Below, piece by piece: positions 44,550 to 54,276 of a stretch of 64,000 bases of DNA. Each line of letters opens with the position of its first letter. Position 1 is the first letter of the stretch. The notes beneath the pieces were generated by a model. That model was not told where the DNA came from. It ran no database searches and saw only the letters and a program-made list of their open reading frames with translations. This DNA comes from an uncultured Desulfobulbaceae bacterium (GTDB lineage: Bacteria; Desulfobacterota; Desulfobulbia; Desulfobulbales; BM004): the NCBI GenBank assembly GCA_947259115.1, contig CAMYKS010000010.1:41236-105235 (forward strand). The letters run 5' to 3'. The translations under genes were made by a program, and so were the position numbers.

Positions 44550-45188
44550 ATGCGCATTAAACAGATGACGGTTGGGATGATGGGGGTCTGCTGCTATGTG
44601 GTGGCCTGTGATGCAACTAAAGAGGCTGTGATCATTGACCCCGGCGGCAATGAGGATGATATCCTTGCAGCCTGCCAAGAGGGAAATTTAAAAGTAAAAT
44701 ATATCGTCAACACCCATGGCCACCCCGATCATGTCTGTGGCAATAAACGCCTTAAAGATGCCACCGGCGCCGAAATTGTCATGCATGCTGCTGATGCTGA
44801 TTTTTTCGGCCAGGATCGGGTGGAACAGTTTTTCTCCCAGCTCGGTCTTCCCCCGTCGCCTCCTCCTGACAAACGTGTGGTAGACGGCGACAAGCTGGTC
44901 TTTGGCTCTGAATCCCTCACAGTCATCCATACTCCGGGCCATACGCCTGGAGGCATCTGTCTCTATTCCAATCCAAACCTGTTTTCAGGCGACACCCTGT
45001 TTGCGGGGGGCGTCGGTCGCACGGATTTTCCCGGCGGCTCCACCCAGGAACTGCTGAATTCCATAAAAGAACAGCTCCTGACCCTGCCCCCTGATACGGT
45101 TGTCTGGCCGGGGCACGGCTATGGCGGAGAACACTCCACCATTGCCCAGGAAAAAGCGTCCAACCCTTTTCTTACCGGAGGCTGGTAA
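44550..45188 (+). CDS. MBL-fold metallo-hydrolase (glyoxalase II-like)
   Basis: 212 aa with THGHPDH, TPGHTPG and GDTLFAGGVGRTD. Confidence 0.8.
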   Translation: MRIKQMTVGMMGVCCYVVACDATKEAVIIDPGGNEDDILAACQEGNLKVKYIVNTHGHPDHVCGNKRLKDATGAEIVMHAADADFFGQDRVEQFFSQLGLPPSPPPDKRVVDGDKLVFGSESLTVIHTPGHTPGGICLYSNPNLFSGDTLFAGGVGRTDFPGGSTQELLNSIKEQLLTLPPDTVVWPGHGYGGEHSTIAQEKASNPFLTGGW

Positions 45189-45191
45189 CTG

Positions 45192-47114
45192 GTGCGTGAA
45201 ATCATCCTGGGCACAGCCGGGCATGTGGATCATGGTAAGACCAGCCTTATCCGGGCCTTGACCGGAATCGACACAGACCGCCTCAAGGAGGAAAAGGAAC
45301 GCGGCATCACCATTGAACTTGGCTTTGCCTATCTTGATCTGCCCTGCGGCCACCGCCTGGGTATTGTTGATGTTCCGGGCCATGAGAAGTTTGTCAAAAA
45401 CATGGTGGCGGGAGCATCGGGTTTGGACCTGGTCGCCTTCATCGTTGCTGCCGACGAAGGCATCATGCCCCAGACCAGGGAACATTTCGAGATCTGCCGC
45501 TTGCTTGGCATACAGCGGGGCCTTATTATAGTCACCAAAAAAGACATGGTGGAAACGGACTGGCTTGAGCTGGTGACCGATGACATCAGGACGTTTTTTG
45601 CAGATTCATTCCTGCAGGATGCCCCTCTGCTTACGGTATCCTCCACCACAGGCGAGGGAATTGAAGAGGTCAGGAATACCCTTGATACACTTGTGGCTGC
45701 ATCTGATTTTTCTGAAGCCCATGGCCCTTTCCGCCTGCCGGTGGACAGGGTTTTTTCCATGAAGGGTTTTGGTACTGTGATAACCGGTACAGCCATATCA
45801 GGCCGTATAAAAACCGGGGATGAGCTCATGTTCTACCCCAGCCGCAAAACCGGCAAAATCAGGGGTATCCAGGTGCACTCCAAAGATACGCAAGAGGTTG
45901 AAGCAGGCCACAGAACAGCCGTTAATATCCAGGGCTTGGAAAAAGATGCCATCAACAGGGGAGAAATGGCTGCTTCGGTCAATTGTCTGCAGCCGTCATA
46001 CCTGCTTGATGCACACTTTTTCTACCTGGAATCCGCTAAAAAACCCTATAAAAACAGGGCCAGGGTAAGGGTTCACATCGGCACGGCGGAGATAATGGGA
46101 CGTATCGTCCTGCTCCATGATGAAGAACTGGAACCCGGAGCTGAAACCGATGTGCAGATCCTGCTTGAAGAGCAGGCCGGCTGCTGGCCCGGTGACAAAT
46201 ACGTGGTGCGCAGCTATTCCCCTATCCATACCATAGGCGGCGGCACGGTCTTAAACGGCTCCCCCAGAAAAAGAAAACGGTTCCGGGAAGAAAATAAAGA
46301 CATATTCAGGATCTACAAGGAAGACAATCAACAGAATCTTGCCCTGCTCCATATCAGGGAAAGCGGCTACAACGGCCTCACCTTTGACAGGCTTGCCGTC
46401 AAGATGGGTGTTTTCGGCAACCGTCTCAAAAAGATTCTGCAGCAACCGCTTTCATCCAGAAAAATCATCCTCATTGAGCAGGAAAAACAACGCATGGTAT
46501 TCACTGAGGTCTATGAAAAACTGGGAGCAAAGCTCCGAACGGTTCTTACTACCTATCACCAGGAAAACCCTCTCAAGTCAGGACTGCCCAAAGAGGATCT
46601 CCGCTCGAGGCTCTACAGGGGCCTCGACCAGCGCCTTTTTCAGTTTTTGTTAAACGACCTGCAAAAGAAGGGAGAAATCGGCAAGGACCAGGCATTGATT
46701 TGTCTGTCTGGACACACGGTATCCCTGAAGGAAGATGAAAAAAACCTGCGCCGGGAACTTGAAGCCTTTTACAGACAGGCGGACCTGACGCCGCCGACCA
46801 TGAAAGAAATCATGGTAAAATTCAGTAAATATCCCCAGGATCTTATAAAAGAAGTTATGGTAATTATGGTTAGGGAGGATGCCCTGACCAAAGTCACTGA
46901 AGATCTTTATTTTCATAAGCCGTCCATGGAAAACCTCAAAAAAAAGCTGGTTGCTCTCCTTATTAAAGAGAATGAGATTGATACACCTGCTTTTAAGGAT
47001 CTGACAGGCCTTTCAAGAAAGTTCAGCATCCCGCTTCTTGAATACTTCGACAAAACAAAGGTTACCATCCGGGTTGGAGATAAGCGCATTCTCAGGGAGA
47101 AACACAATCAGTAA
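45192..47114 (+). CDS. selB: selenocysteine-specific elongation factor SelB
   Basis: 640 aa. It has a GTG start, [43 protein letters not shown], and C-terminal winged-helix repeats. Confidence 0.9.
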   Translation: MREIILGTAGHVDHGKTSLIRALTGIDTDRLKEEKERGITIELGFAYLDLPCGHRLGIVDVPGHEKFVKNMVAGASGLDLVAFIVAADEGIMPQTREHFEICRLLGIQRGLIIVTKKDMVETDWLELVTDDIRTFFADSFLQDAPLLTVSSTTGEGIEEVRNTLDTLVAASDFSEAHGPFRLPVDRVFSMKGFGTVITGTAISGRIKTGDELMFYPSRKTGKIRGIQVHSKDTQEVEAGHRTAVNIQGLEKDAINRGEMAASVNCLQPSYLLDAHFFYLESAKKPYKNRARVRVHIGTAEIMGRIVLLHDEELEPGAETDVQILLEEQAGCWPGDKYVVRSYSPIHTIGGGTVLNGSPRKRKRFREENKDIFRIYKEDNQQNLALLHIRESGYNGLTFDRLAVKMGVFGNRLKKILQQPLSSRKIILIEQEKQRMVFTEVYEKLGAKLRTVLTTYHQENPLKSGLPKEDLRSRLYRGLDQRLFQFLLNDLQKKGEIGKDQALICLSGHTVSLKEDEKNLRRELEAFYRQADLTPPTMKEIMVKFSKYPQDLIKEVMVIMVREDALTKVTEDLYFHKPSMENLKKKLVALLIKENEIDTPAFKDLTGLSRKFSIPLLEYFDKTKVTIRVGDKRILREKHNQ

Positions 47115-48780
47115 GCTTGTTGGCAATACCAATGGCCTGAAAACGGCCCAGCTCAAACGCCTTGAACGTTTAGGCAAGAAACGCATAGCGCCCGACCTCA
47201 TAGTCAGCCATGAGATGGCAAGGACCATGGCCGAAATTTCAAGCGATACAGGCCGCCAGGTTGGTGTCCTTATTGACCGGTCGGGCCAGGTCGACATGGT
47301 CATTGTCGGTGATGCCAAACAGATTGTCATCCCTGCCCTCTCAAGCATCAGGTCTTCAGGCGGCCGCCTTAAGGGATTACGCTGTATTCACACCCATTTA
47401 GCCGGTGAAAACCTGACCGAAGATGACCTGGCCGACCTCCTATTCTTGCGCCTCGACCTCATGGGAATAATCAAGATCAGGCCAGACGGTGAGCCTGAAA
47501 AACTCTACGCTGCACACCTTGTCCCATCTCCCCAGGCAGAAAAGAACTGGACCTTTCTTGACCCCATCATTCCCGGCCGGCAACCATTTGACTGTGACGA
47601 ACTCATCGCTGCCCTGGAGGGAGAATTTACCAAACTGCAGCCCATCCGGGCTGTTGATAAGGGAAAAGACCGGGCCATACTCATTAGTGTTATTACCCCT
47701 GCCCGCTTTCAAGGTCGCGGTACTGCCCAGGAATCCATGGACGAACTCGTCGAACTGGCACGCTCGGACGATGTCGTAGTGCTCGACAAAGTTATCCAGC
47801 AACGCAAAAAAATTAATCCCAAATTTATCCTCGGCAAGGGTAAATTGGGAGAGATCATGCTTGCCGCCCTGCGCCAAAACGCCAACCTTCTGCTCTTCAA
47901 CCAGGAACTGAATCCATCCCAGATCCGCTCAATTACCGATCACACGGAGTTGCGGGTTATTGACCGTACCCAGCTCATCCTGGATATTTTTGCCCGCCGG
48001 GCCTTAAGCCGTGAGGGCAGGCTGCAGATTGAAATGGCCCAGCTCAAATATATGCTGCCACGCCTGACAATGAGAGATGACGCCCTATCCCGCCTGACCG
48101 GGGGAATCGGCGGCCGCGGCCCGGGTGAGACCCGGCTGGAAATAGACCGCAGGCGCATCAATGACCGGCTGGCGCTGCTGGCCAAGAAATTAAAGAAAGT
48201 AAGCCGGGAACGTTATCAAAGACGTTCCCGACGCCGCAAAAAAGGCATACCGGTGATATCACTTGTGGGCTATACCAATGCAGGCAAATCAACTCTGCTG
48301 AATACACTGACGGAAAGCAAAATAAGCGCTGAGAACAAACTCTTTGCCACCCTGGACCCGACAAGCCGGCGTCTCCGCTTTCCAAAGGATATAGAGGTGA
48401 TAATCACCGACACCGTGGGCTTTATCCGCAACCTGCCCGATGAATTGCTCCAGGCCTTTAAGGCCACCTTTGAAGAACTTTATGAAGCGGACATGCTGGT
48501 GCACGTAATTGATGTAAGCAACCCGCGGTTTGCCGACCAGGTTGCTGTTGTGGACAAACAGTTGCGGGACCTGGAGCTTGATAAAATTCCCTGTCTCAAG
48601 GTATTGAATAAGGCCGATCTGGTGGCGCAGGAATTTGTGGAAATACAATGCAGAGAATACGGGGCTGTGGCCTTAAGCGCCCTTGATGCTGATACTTTCG
48701 GGCCCTTCTTTGATGGAGCCCAAAAAATTATCGGCAGCCTTGAAAACCTGGAGAATTTCAAGAATCACCTTTCCGTGTAA
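47038..48780 (+). CDS. hflX: GTPase HflX (start uncertain)
   Basis: It has an HflX N-domain and G-domain (GYTNAGKSTLLN, DTVGFI, NKAD). The track ATG at 47038 overlaps selB by 77 nt. The next ATG is at 47215 (MARTMAEI), so the N-terminal boundary is unresolved. Confidence 0.85.
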   Translation: MNTSTKQRLPSGLEISAFSGRNTISKLVGNTNGLKTAQLKRLERLGKKRIAPDLIVSHEMARTMAEISSDTGRQVGVLIDRSGQVDMVIVGDAKQIVIPALSSIRSSGGRLKGLRCIHTHLAGENLTEDDLADLLFLRLDLMGIIKIRPDGEPEKLYAAHLVPSPQAEKNWTFLDPIIPGRQPFDCDELIAALEGEFTKLQPIRAVDKGKDRAILISVITPARFQGRGTAQESMDELVELARSDDVVVLDKVIQQRKKINPKFILGKGKLGEIMLAALRQNANLLLFNQELNPSQIRSITDHTELRVIDRTQLILDIFARRALSREGRLQIEMAQLKYMLPRLTMRDDALSRLTGGIGGRGPGETRLEIDRRRINDRLALLAKKLKKVSRERYQRRSRRRKKGIPVISLVGYTNAGKSTLLNTLTESKISAENKLFATLDPTSRRLRFPKDIEVIITDTVGFIRNLPDELLQAFKATFEELYEADMLVHVIDVSNPRFADQVAVVDKQLRDLELDKIPCLKVLNKADLVAQEFVEIQCREYGAVALSALDADTFGPFFDGAQKIIGSLENLENFKNHLSV

Positions 48781-49058
48781 TTCCAGCGTAATCGTATCAA
48801 AAAAGTCTATACCAGCAGTCTCATTTTTGCTGATTCGGTAGTTGGTAGACAAAAATAATCAGCTCATCTCGATTTTTATCACCAGCATAAAAACTGCTAA
48901 GCAAAACAAAAAGAATTCATCATAATTCAAAACCCCTTTCATCATTCAATATTTCTCGGAGTCTCGCAAACTCACTTACCTGTTCGTCATTGTCCTCTAT
49001 CGAAACATCGGGTGATTGACACGACATTCTTTTCCCCCAGTCCCCCCTGTCCGCTGCT

Positions 49059-49120
49059 GACTATTATGAATAAAACTTCAGAATAGTCTTGACTTTTTTG
49101 AAGTTTTATTCATAATAGTC
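49059..49120 (+). promoter_or_regulatory. perfect 22-bp palindrome enclosing a sigma70-like promoter (TTGACT-N16-CATAAT) for a leaderless mRNA
   Basis: The arms are GACTATTATGAATAAAACTTCA (49059..49080) and TGAAGTTTTATTCATAATAGTC (49099..49120). The -35 element TTGACT is at 49089..49094 and the -10 element CATAAT at 49111..49116. The ATG at 49123 has no SD upstream. Confidence 0.5.
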
Positions 49121-49122
49121 GC

Positions 49123-50250
49123 ATGAAACGCTACTTGGAAGAATTGATCTGTAAAGACCTGGAAGAAAAAATCGTCCTTGTTTCCGGGCCTCGACAAGTC
49201 GGAAAAACAACCTTGTCAAAGCAGTTGACATCCTCGCATGTATATCTGAATTACGACGCAACTTCCGACCGGCGTATCATTCATGCCCAGGAATGGGACC
49301 GGGATGTTGAACTGGTGATCTTTGATGAACTCCATAAAATGAAAAAATGGAAATCATGGATCAAAGGGATTTATGATACCGAGGGCGTATCCCCGTCAAT
49401 GCTTGTCACGGGTTCAGCCAGGCTGGATACTTATAGAAAAGGAGGAGAATCTCTGGCCGGTCGCTTTTTCTCTTATCGTCTGCATCCGTTAACGGTTAAA
49501 GAGATATGTGCCTCCCTTGGTGAAAAATCCGGGACGGCATTGGATAAGATTATTAAACTTGGAGGATTTCCTGAACCCTATTTGAAAGACAGTGAATCGT
49601 TTGCAAAACGGTTCAGGAGAATTCACACTGACACTATTATCAGGGAAGATCTTCTGGACCTGGAAAGAGTGCGGGATGTCAAATCCATCGAAATCCTCAT
49701 TGACCTGTTGCGAATCCGGGTTGGATCAACTACCTCCTATACGGCACTTGCCAATGATCTTCAGGTATCGATTCACACTGTTAAACATTGGCTGCAGATT
49801 TTGGAAAATTTATATATCATTTTTCCGGTCAGACCATTTCACAGGAATATAGCCCGCAGCCTTTTAAAAGAGTCAAAATATTACATGTATGATACCGGGG
49901 CAGTTGCAGGTGACCTGGGCGCAAAGCTGGAAAATGCAGTTGCTTGCGCGCTGCTCCGAGATCTCCACTTTATAGAAGATACAACCGGCAGCAGAGTGGC
50001 ACTTCATTTTCTTAGAGACAAAGATAAACATGAAGTTGATTTCCTGCCTGTTGTCGACAACAGACCCATCTGCATGATTGAAGTGAAAGTGAGTGATGAA
50101 AATTTTTCACCCTCATTGTTCCGGTTTCATAGAAAACTTGAAAATGCTAAACCTTACCAGATCGTTTATAGGCTAAAACGCAAAAAGTCTAAGAATGGGG
50201 TGCGAATGCTGTCCGCACATGAATTCTTAAGGGATTTGCACCTGAATTGA
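49123..50250 (+). CDS. AAA+ ATPase with C-terminal DUF4143-like domain
   Basis: 375 aa with Walker A (GPRQVGKTTL) and Walker B (LVIFDELHK). This architecture is typical of the widespread AAA_14/DUF4143 orphan ATPases. Confidence 0.7.
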   Translation: MKRYLEELICKDLEEKIVLVSGPRQVGKTTLSKQLTSSHVYLNYDATSDRRIIHAQEWDRDVELVIFDELHKMKKWKSWIKGIYDTEGVSPSMLVTGSARLDTYRKGGESLAGRFFSYRLHPLTVKEICASLGEKSGTALDKIIKLGGFPEPYLKDSESFAKRFRRIHTDTIIREDLLDLERVRDVKSIEILIDLLRIRVGSTTSYTALANDLQVSIHTVKHWLQILENLYIIFPVRPFHRNIARSLLKESKYYMYDTGAVAGDLGAKLENAVACALLRDLHFIEDTTGSRVALHFLRDKDKHEVDFLPVVDNRPICMIEVKVSDENFSPSLFRFHRKLENAKPYQIVYRLKRKKSKNGVRMLSAHEFLRDLHLN

Positions 50251-50365
50251 AAACCGTTCAATTTAGATTTAAATTGACTCGTTACCTTCCAAGTCTTTTT
50301 TCTTCCCAATTCAGCAAGCGTTTACTGTCCCCCAAAAAAGCAGATAACTATCACTAACCCGCAAT

Positions 50366-50523
50366 TTCCACGAGTCGAGACGCCGGATAGACAAAGTGCA
50401 AGTCGTTTGAGCTATACTTTAGTATGCGAAACGCCTAACACTGCAGGCTATACGGATGTATCGGCTTGCCCGAAGGGTGGACAGTTTTGAAAAAATCTAT
50501 TCAGTCACTTGGTACAAACTGTA
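50366..50523 (+). repeat. copy B of the unclassified intergenic repeat
   Basis: It aligns with 40316..40503 (CGAGTCGAGACGCCGGATAGACAAAGTGCAAGTCGTTTG .. TAGTATGCGAAACGCCTAACACTGCAGGCTATACGGATGTATCGGCTTGCCCGAAGGGTGGACAGTTTTGAAAAAATCTATTCAGTCACTTGGTACAAACTGT). Confidence 0.7.
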
Positions 50524-50595
50524 ACCGGTTAAATATACTGGAATTAAATAAGAGGCTATCAGAAGTGGAGGATGCCTTAATGGCTAATGTGTTGA

Positions 50596-50886
50596 GAGCC
50601 GGACAAGATAAAGGCATCCCCTTCAGATGATGTGTGGGACGCTGTTGTCGGTGTCAGGGGCCAGTTTAATCTGAGCAAGCGCTGGTTCATACCGTACGTC
50701 CTGGATGTGGGCACCGGTGATTCGGATTACACCTGGCAGGCTTTGGCCGGGGTCGGCTACGAGTTCAACAAATTCAAACTGCTGGCCGTGTACCGTTATA
50801 TGCACTGGGAGTTTGACGACAGTTTTAAGTTACTTGAGGATTTGACAGTAAAAGGTCCTGCGGTGGGCGCAATATTTACTTTTTGA
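50596..50886 (+). pseudogene. 3' remnant of an outer-membrane beta-barrel protein gene
   Basis: The open frame begins right after a stop at 50593 and encodes only the last ~95 aa of an OMP-like protein, with alternating strands and a terminal ..GPAVGAIFTF. There is no signal peptide and no N-terminal barrel. A terminator follows. Confidence 0.5.
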
Positions 50887-50964
50887 TAAAAAAGTTTATT
50901 GGTGAAAAATATTTTCACCGAAATCGGAAGGTCATGACTCGTTTTAATGGCAATCCAGTTAAAA

Positions 50965-50990
50965 AGCCGCCCTTATGGACGGCTTTTTTA
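50965..50990 (+). terminator. intrinsic terminator after the OMP remnant
   Basis: AGCCGCCC-ttat-GGACGGCT followed by TTTTTTATT. Confidence 0.6.
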
Positions 50991-51590
50991 TTAAACATGT
51001 TCATTGATTATCACTTAAAATAATATGTGCACCACATTAGTGTGCCACTTCCCCATCATTTCCCAACCACAATCAGTGCAGGTGTCAATTGGGAAAACCG
51101 ACTATTTTTGCCGCCATTAGCCCTTACAAACTCTTCAGCATTATTCTTGATCTTGAAAGGAATCGCCTCCTTTCCCATGGGCCCGTTAACCTGTGAACCA
51201 ATTACATAGTACAAGGCAAATTGTCTCACTTTCTGTTGAGTATGTTGCTATGAGCTCCGTATCCCTGAACAAATAAAGCCAGAGTTTAAACTCAATTTCC
51301 TTATCAGGCTTTATATCTCCTATGCTAAGACTGTAAAGCTAAGATGTCCCTCAGATATGTAAACCTCTGAGAGGAACTTTGGAAGCTGCTATGATGGTAA
51401 AATATTTTGACTACTGTTTTATCCCGTTAAGCATTTCCTTATAAATTCATCCTACTTCACCCTTAATAAACTCATTACTATATATCTTGATTCTTTTTTG
51501 AGAATGGTTACTATTTATCTCATCATGCCACAATGTGGCACATAGTTAATGAGTTTTTATTTTCAGAACAAATAATACAGGAGGCTTAAA

Positions 51591-52550
51591 ATGAAACACT
51601 TATTCAGGGGTATTGGGATGGCATCAGCCATTTTACTAGTAACTTTAATTGCAGCATCTGCAGTATATGCAACCAGTGCGATTCAGCCGCTTGTTACTAC
51701 CCAATGGGTGGCTGACAACATGGAGTCAATCAAGATTATTGACGTAAGCAAGAAGGGGTATGCCAAGGGCCACATCCCTGGAGCAGTGCAAGTAAAATGG
51801 GGCAGCGAAGTTTTTGCACCGGAAACGGATCATATGGTACTTGGGCTGGCTGAGATTGAGCGGATTATGGGCAAGATGGGTATTACACCGAATGACCACA
51901 TCGTCCTGTATGACGGTGATGGGAAACCGCACCATGTGATGAGGGTGTACTGGACCCTGAAATATTGGCATTTCCCCAAGGTAAGTGTCATGGACGGTGG
52001 AGTTGCCCTTTGGCAGAAAGAAAAGCGACCGGTAATAACTGAGGTGAAAAAGGCAAACCGGACCGACGTGGAAGTTAAATATCCACCCAACACCAAGGTT
52101 CGGGCAATGTATTCCCCTGACATAATCCATGCCCTGGCAACCGGCAAAGCGGTCATTGTCGATAGTCGGCCGGAAAATTTCTTTAACGGGGAAAAATACA
52201 GCCTCAATAAATGGGTGCGTTCGGGCCATATCACCGGTGCAGTGAATGTGCCAACGCTCAACAGTCTTAACGAAGATAAGACTTTCAAGTCCGTAGCTGC
52301 ACTGAAAGCGATGTATGAAAAAGCTGGCGTTACTGCGGATAAAAATATCATCACTTACTGCGATACAGGTGTGTTAGCAACCCATAGCTGGTTTGTAATG
52401 TCTGAATTACTCGGCTACAAAAACGTTAAAGTTTATGACGGCTCAATGCGCGAATATGCCAATTTCTTTGATACTCCCATGGAACCGGGAATTGTAGGTG
52501 GTCAATTTCCTAAAACCCCAATCCAAGAACTACAAGAAAAAGTTAAATAA
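51591..52550 (+). CDS. periplasmic tandem-rhodanese sulfurtransferase (thiosulfate/3-mercaptopyruvate sulfurtransferase family)
   Basis: 319 aa with a signal peptide (..AASAVYA), two rhodanese domains and the active-site loop YCDTGVLATHSWF. An SD (AGGAGG) precedes the ATG. Confidence 0.8.
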   Translation: MKHLFRGIGMASAILLVTLIAASAVYATSAIQPLVTTQWVADNMESIKIIDVSKKGYAKGHIPGAVQVKWGSEVFAPETDHMVLGLAEIERIMGKMGITPNDHIVLYDGDGKPHHVMRVYWTLKYWHFPKVSVMDGGVALWQKEKRPVITEVKKANRTDVEVKYPPNTKVRAMYSPDIIHALATGKAVIVDSRPENFFNGEKYSLNKWVRSGHITGAVNVPTLNSLNEDKTFKSVAALKAMYEKAGVTADKNIITYCDTGVLATHSWFVMSELLGYKNVKVYDGSMREYANFFDTPMEPGIVGGQFPKTPIQELQEKVK

Positions 52551-52573
52551 TCTTTCTCTAATTACTTTGAGAA

Positions 52574-52605
52574 GGCAGGGTCAGATGTGGCCCTGCCTTT
52601 TTTTA
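52574..52605 (+). terminator. intrinsic terminator after the rhodanese gene
   Basis: GGCAGGGTC-agatgtg-GCCCTGCC followed by TTTTTTTAT. Confidence 0.7.
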
Positions 52606-52855
52606 TTCTTGAACTTTCACTATCTGCTAAACAGAAAAAATTGTGAACTGTTCTTAAAGGGTCAAGGATGTCCAGTGGAAATCTTGACTTGATACATTCA
52701 TATTGCCTGGCAGTCAGTGATGATTCTTATGTGTGACTTTTGCTCCGAAATGTGCAGAATCATAAAAAATCAGCTTACATCGGTAAAACAGCCACCTGGA
52801 TTATGCCAATACGTTGAGCTAAACTGTGGAATTAGTGAAGTTCGACGGTTCTAAT

Positions 52856-53218
52856 TCAAGACAGGATTATCAGAAGCCAGATCACTCCTGCATTGACCAG
52901 GGAAAGAAAGACTGCCGCAGAACCCATGTCTTTGGCGCGCCCGGATAAGGGATGCTCATCTTCGCTGATCCTGTCAACCGCAGCCTCTATGGCACTGTTT
53001 AACAACTCAACAATAAGGATAAGTAAGAGGCATCCCAGGAGCAGGGATTTCTCCAAGCCTGTCTTGCCGAAATAAAAGGCACAAGGCGTCAAAATGATGC
53101 ACAGTAATAATTCCTGGCGGAAGGCGGCTTCGTGCACATAGGTTGCCTTCAGGCCCGACATTGACCAGCCGAATGCCCGGTACAACCTTCCTAACCCCTT
53201 GCCGCTTCTTGTTCCCAT
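52856..53218 (-). CDS. dgkA: diacylglycerol kinase
   Basis: 120 aa, closely colinear with E. coli DgkA (..EAAFRQE.., NSAIEAAVDRISEDEHPLSGRAKDMGSAAV). Confidence 0.9.
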   Translation of the reverse strand: MGTRSGKGLGRLYRAFGWSMSGLKATYVHEAAFRQELLLCIILTPCAFYFGKTGLEKSLLLGCLLLILIVELLNSAIEAAVDRISEDEHPLSGRAKDMGSAAVFLSLVNAGVIWLLIILS

Positions 53219-53289
53219 GAGCCTTTTCGTGCCATTGCAATTTGTTGTGCGAGTACAAAGGTGGTGCCTGAAAAGCTAGAGCTTATCTT

Positions 53290-53481
53290 TCATTCTTCTT
53301 TCCAGGCAATGCAGTCCTCTGGACAGAGCATGATTGCCTCGTCAATGTCTTTTTCAGGGTATGCATCAAGCTCCACCACTTCAATATAGCCGGCATCATT
53401 GTGCTGGAATACTTCCGGACAGAGCTCGACACAGCCCATACAGAGCGTACATGCTCCAATATCAATATCTGGTTTTTTCAT
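53290..53481 (-). CDS. small single-cluster ferredoxin
   Basis: 63 aa with CTLCMGCVELCP and a distal CPEDC. Confidence 0.8.
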   Translation of the reverse strand: MKKPDIDIGACTLCMGCVELCPEVFQHNDAGYIEVVELDAYPEKDIDEAIMLCPEDCIAWKEE

Positions 53482-53496
53482 TTCACTTTCTTAAAA

Positions 53497-53667
53497 TCAA
53501 TCATAAATTATGGTGGTATAGCGCGCGAGAATCTCCTCTGTTTCAGAATCAAGCTGGTCAGCAACCTCATGAATCTGATACTCTGCGCCGCAGTCTTTAC
53601 ACTGCATGCGTACTTTTCTGCACATCCGCAAAATCTCCAGCCTGCCTTTGCATTTCTTGCATTTCAT
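53497..53667 (-). CDS. 56-aa dual-CxxC zinc-ribbon protein (below the ORF-track cutoff)
   Basis: My own minus-strand translation is MKCKKCKGRLEILRMCRKVRMQCKDCGAEYQIHEVADQLDSETEEILARYTTIIYD. GGAGAA lies 9 nt upstream of the ATG. The ORF sits between pyrE and the ferredoxin on the same strand. Confidence 0.5.
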   Translation of the reverse strand: MKCKKCKGRLEILRMCRKVRMQCKDCGAEYQIHEVADQLDSETEEILARYTTIIYD

Positions 53668-53706
53668 TCGGCGTTCTTCTCCAAAATTGTTGCCGCTTGC
53701 CCCAGC

Positions 53707-54276
53707 CTATGGCGCCAGCAACTCTTCCCTGCTGTAGAGTGAAAGAAGCCTGTAGCCCTGGGCAGCCAGGGCTTCGGCGCCTCCTTCCTGGCGGTCAACG
53801 ATGGTGGCAACCATACCGATTCCAAACCCCTGGGATTTTACGCGCTCAATTACCTGCAGCAGTGTACCTCCGGTTGTAACCACATCCTCAAGCAAGGCCA
53901 CCCGCGCCCCTGCCGCAATATTTTCTCGGCCTTCGATATAGTTTTCCGTACCATGGGATTTCGGCTCTTTTCTGACGATAAAGGCAGGCAGTGCTTGGCC
54001 CTCAAGGTAACTCACAACTGAAACCGCCGTAACAAGCGGGTCAGCCCCCAGGGTCATGCCGCCCACAGCATCGATTTTCTCGTCACTGTTACAAATCAAA
54101 TGGTAGAGAAGCCTGCCGCAGAGATACGCGCCCTCTGCATCGAGGGTTGTCTGTTTGCCGTCTATGTAAAAATCAGACTCTTTGCCTGAGGAAAGTTTAA
54201 TCTTGCCCTTTCGGTATGACTTTTCAAGGAGGAGTTCCTTGAGCCGCTGTCGCATCTGGGTCAGGTCTTGTGACAT
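53707..54276 (-). CDS. pyrE: orotate phosphoribosyltransferase
   Basis: 189 aa with the PRPP-binding motif VALLEDVVTTGGT and an N-terminal SSGKESDFYID. Confidence 0.9.
   Translation of the reverse strand: MSQDLTQMRQRLKELLLEKSYRKGKIKLSSGKESDFYIDGKQTTLDAEGAYLCGRLLYHLICNSDEKIDAVGGMTLGADPLVTAVSVVSYLEGQALPAFIVRKEPKSHGTENYIEGRENIAAGARVALLEDVVTTGGTLLQVIERVKSQGFGIGMVATIVDRQEGGAEALAAQGYRLLSLYSREELLAP

Noticed and set aside
47038-47214. The 77-nt overlap of hflX with selB, implied by the ORF-track start.
   Set aside because: The overlap may be real or the start may lie downstream. No in-frame ATG, GTG or TTG lies between the selB stop and 47215 apart from rare CTG codons. I left it as an uncertain boundary rather than treating it as a finding.
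48920-49027. A 35-aa minus-strand ORF (MSCQSPDVSIEDNDEQVSEFARLREILNDERGFEL) upstream of the DUF4143 ATPase, considered as a possible antitoxin-like partner.
   Set aside because: It is too short, has no SD and matches no recognisable fold. It is only worth revisiting if it proves conserved in other copies of the cassette.
51534-51551. A TGGCAC-containing sequence upstream of the rhodanese gene, considered as a sigma54 promoter.
   Set aside because: The -12 element reads TTAAT instead of TTGC, so only the -24 half matches. I kept it only as part of the palindrome observation.
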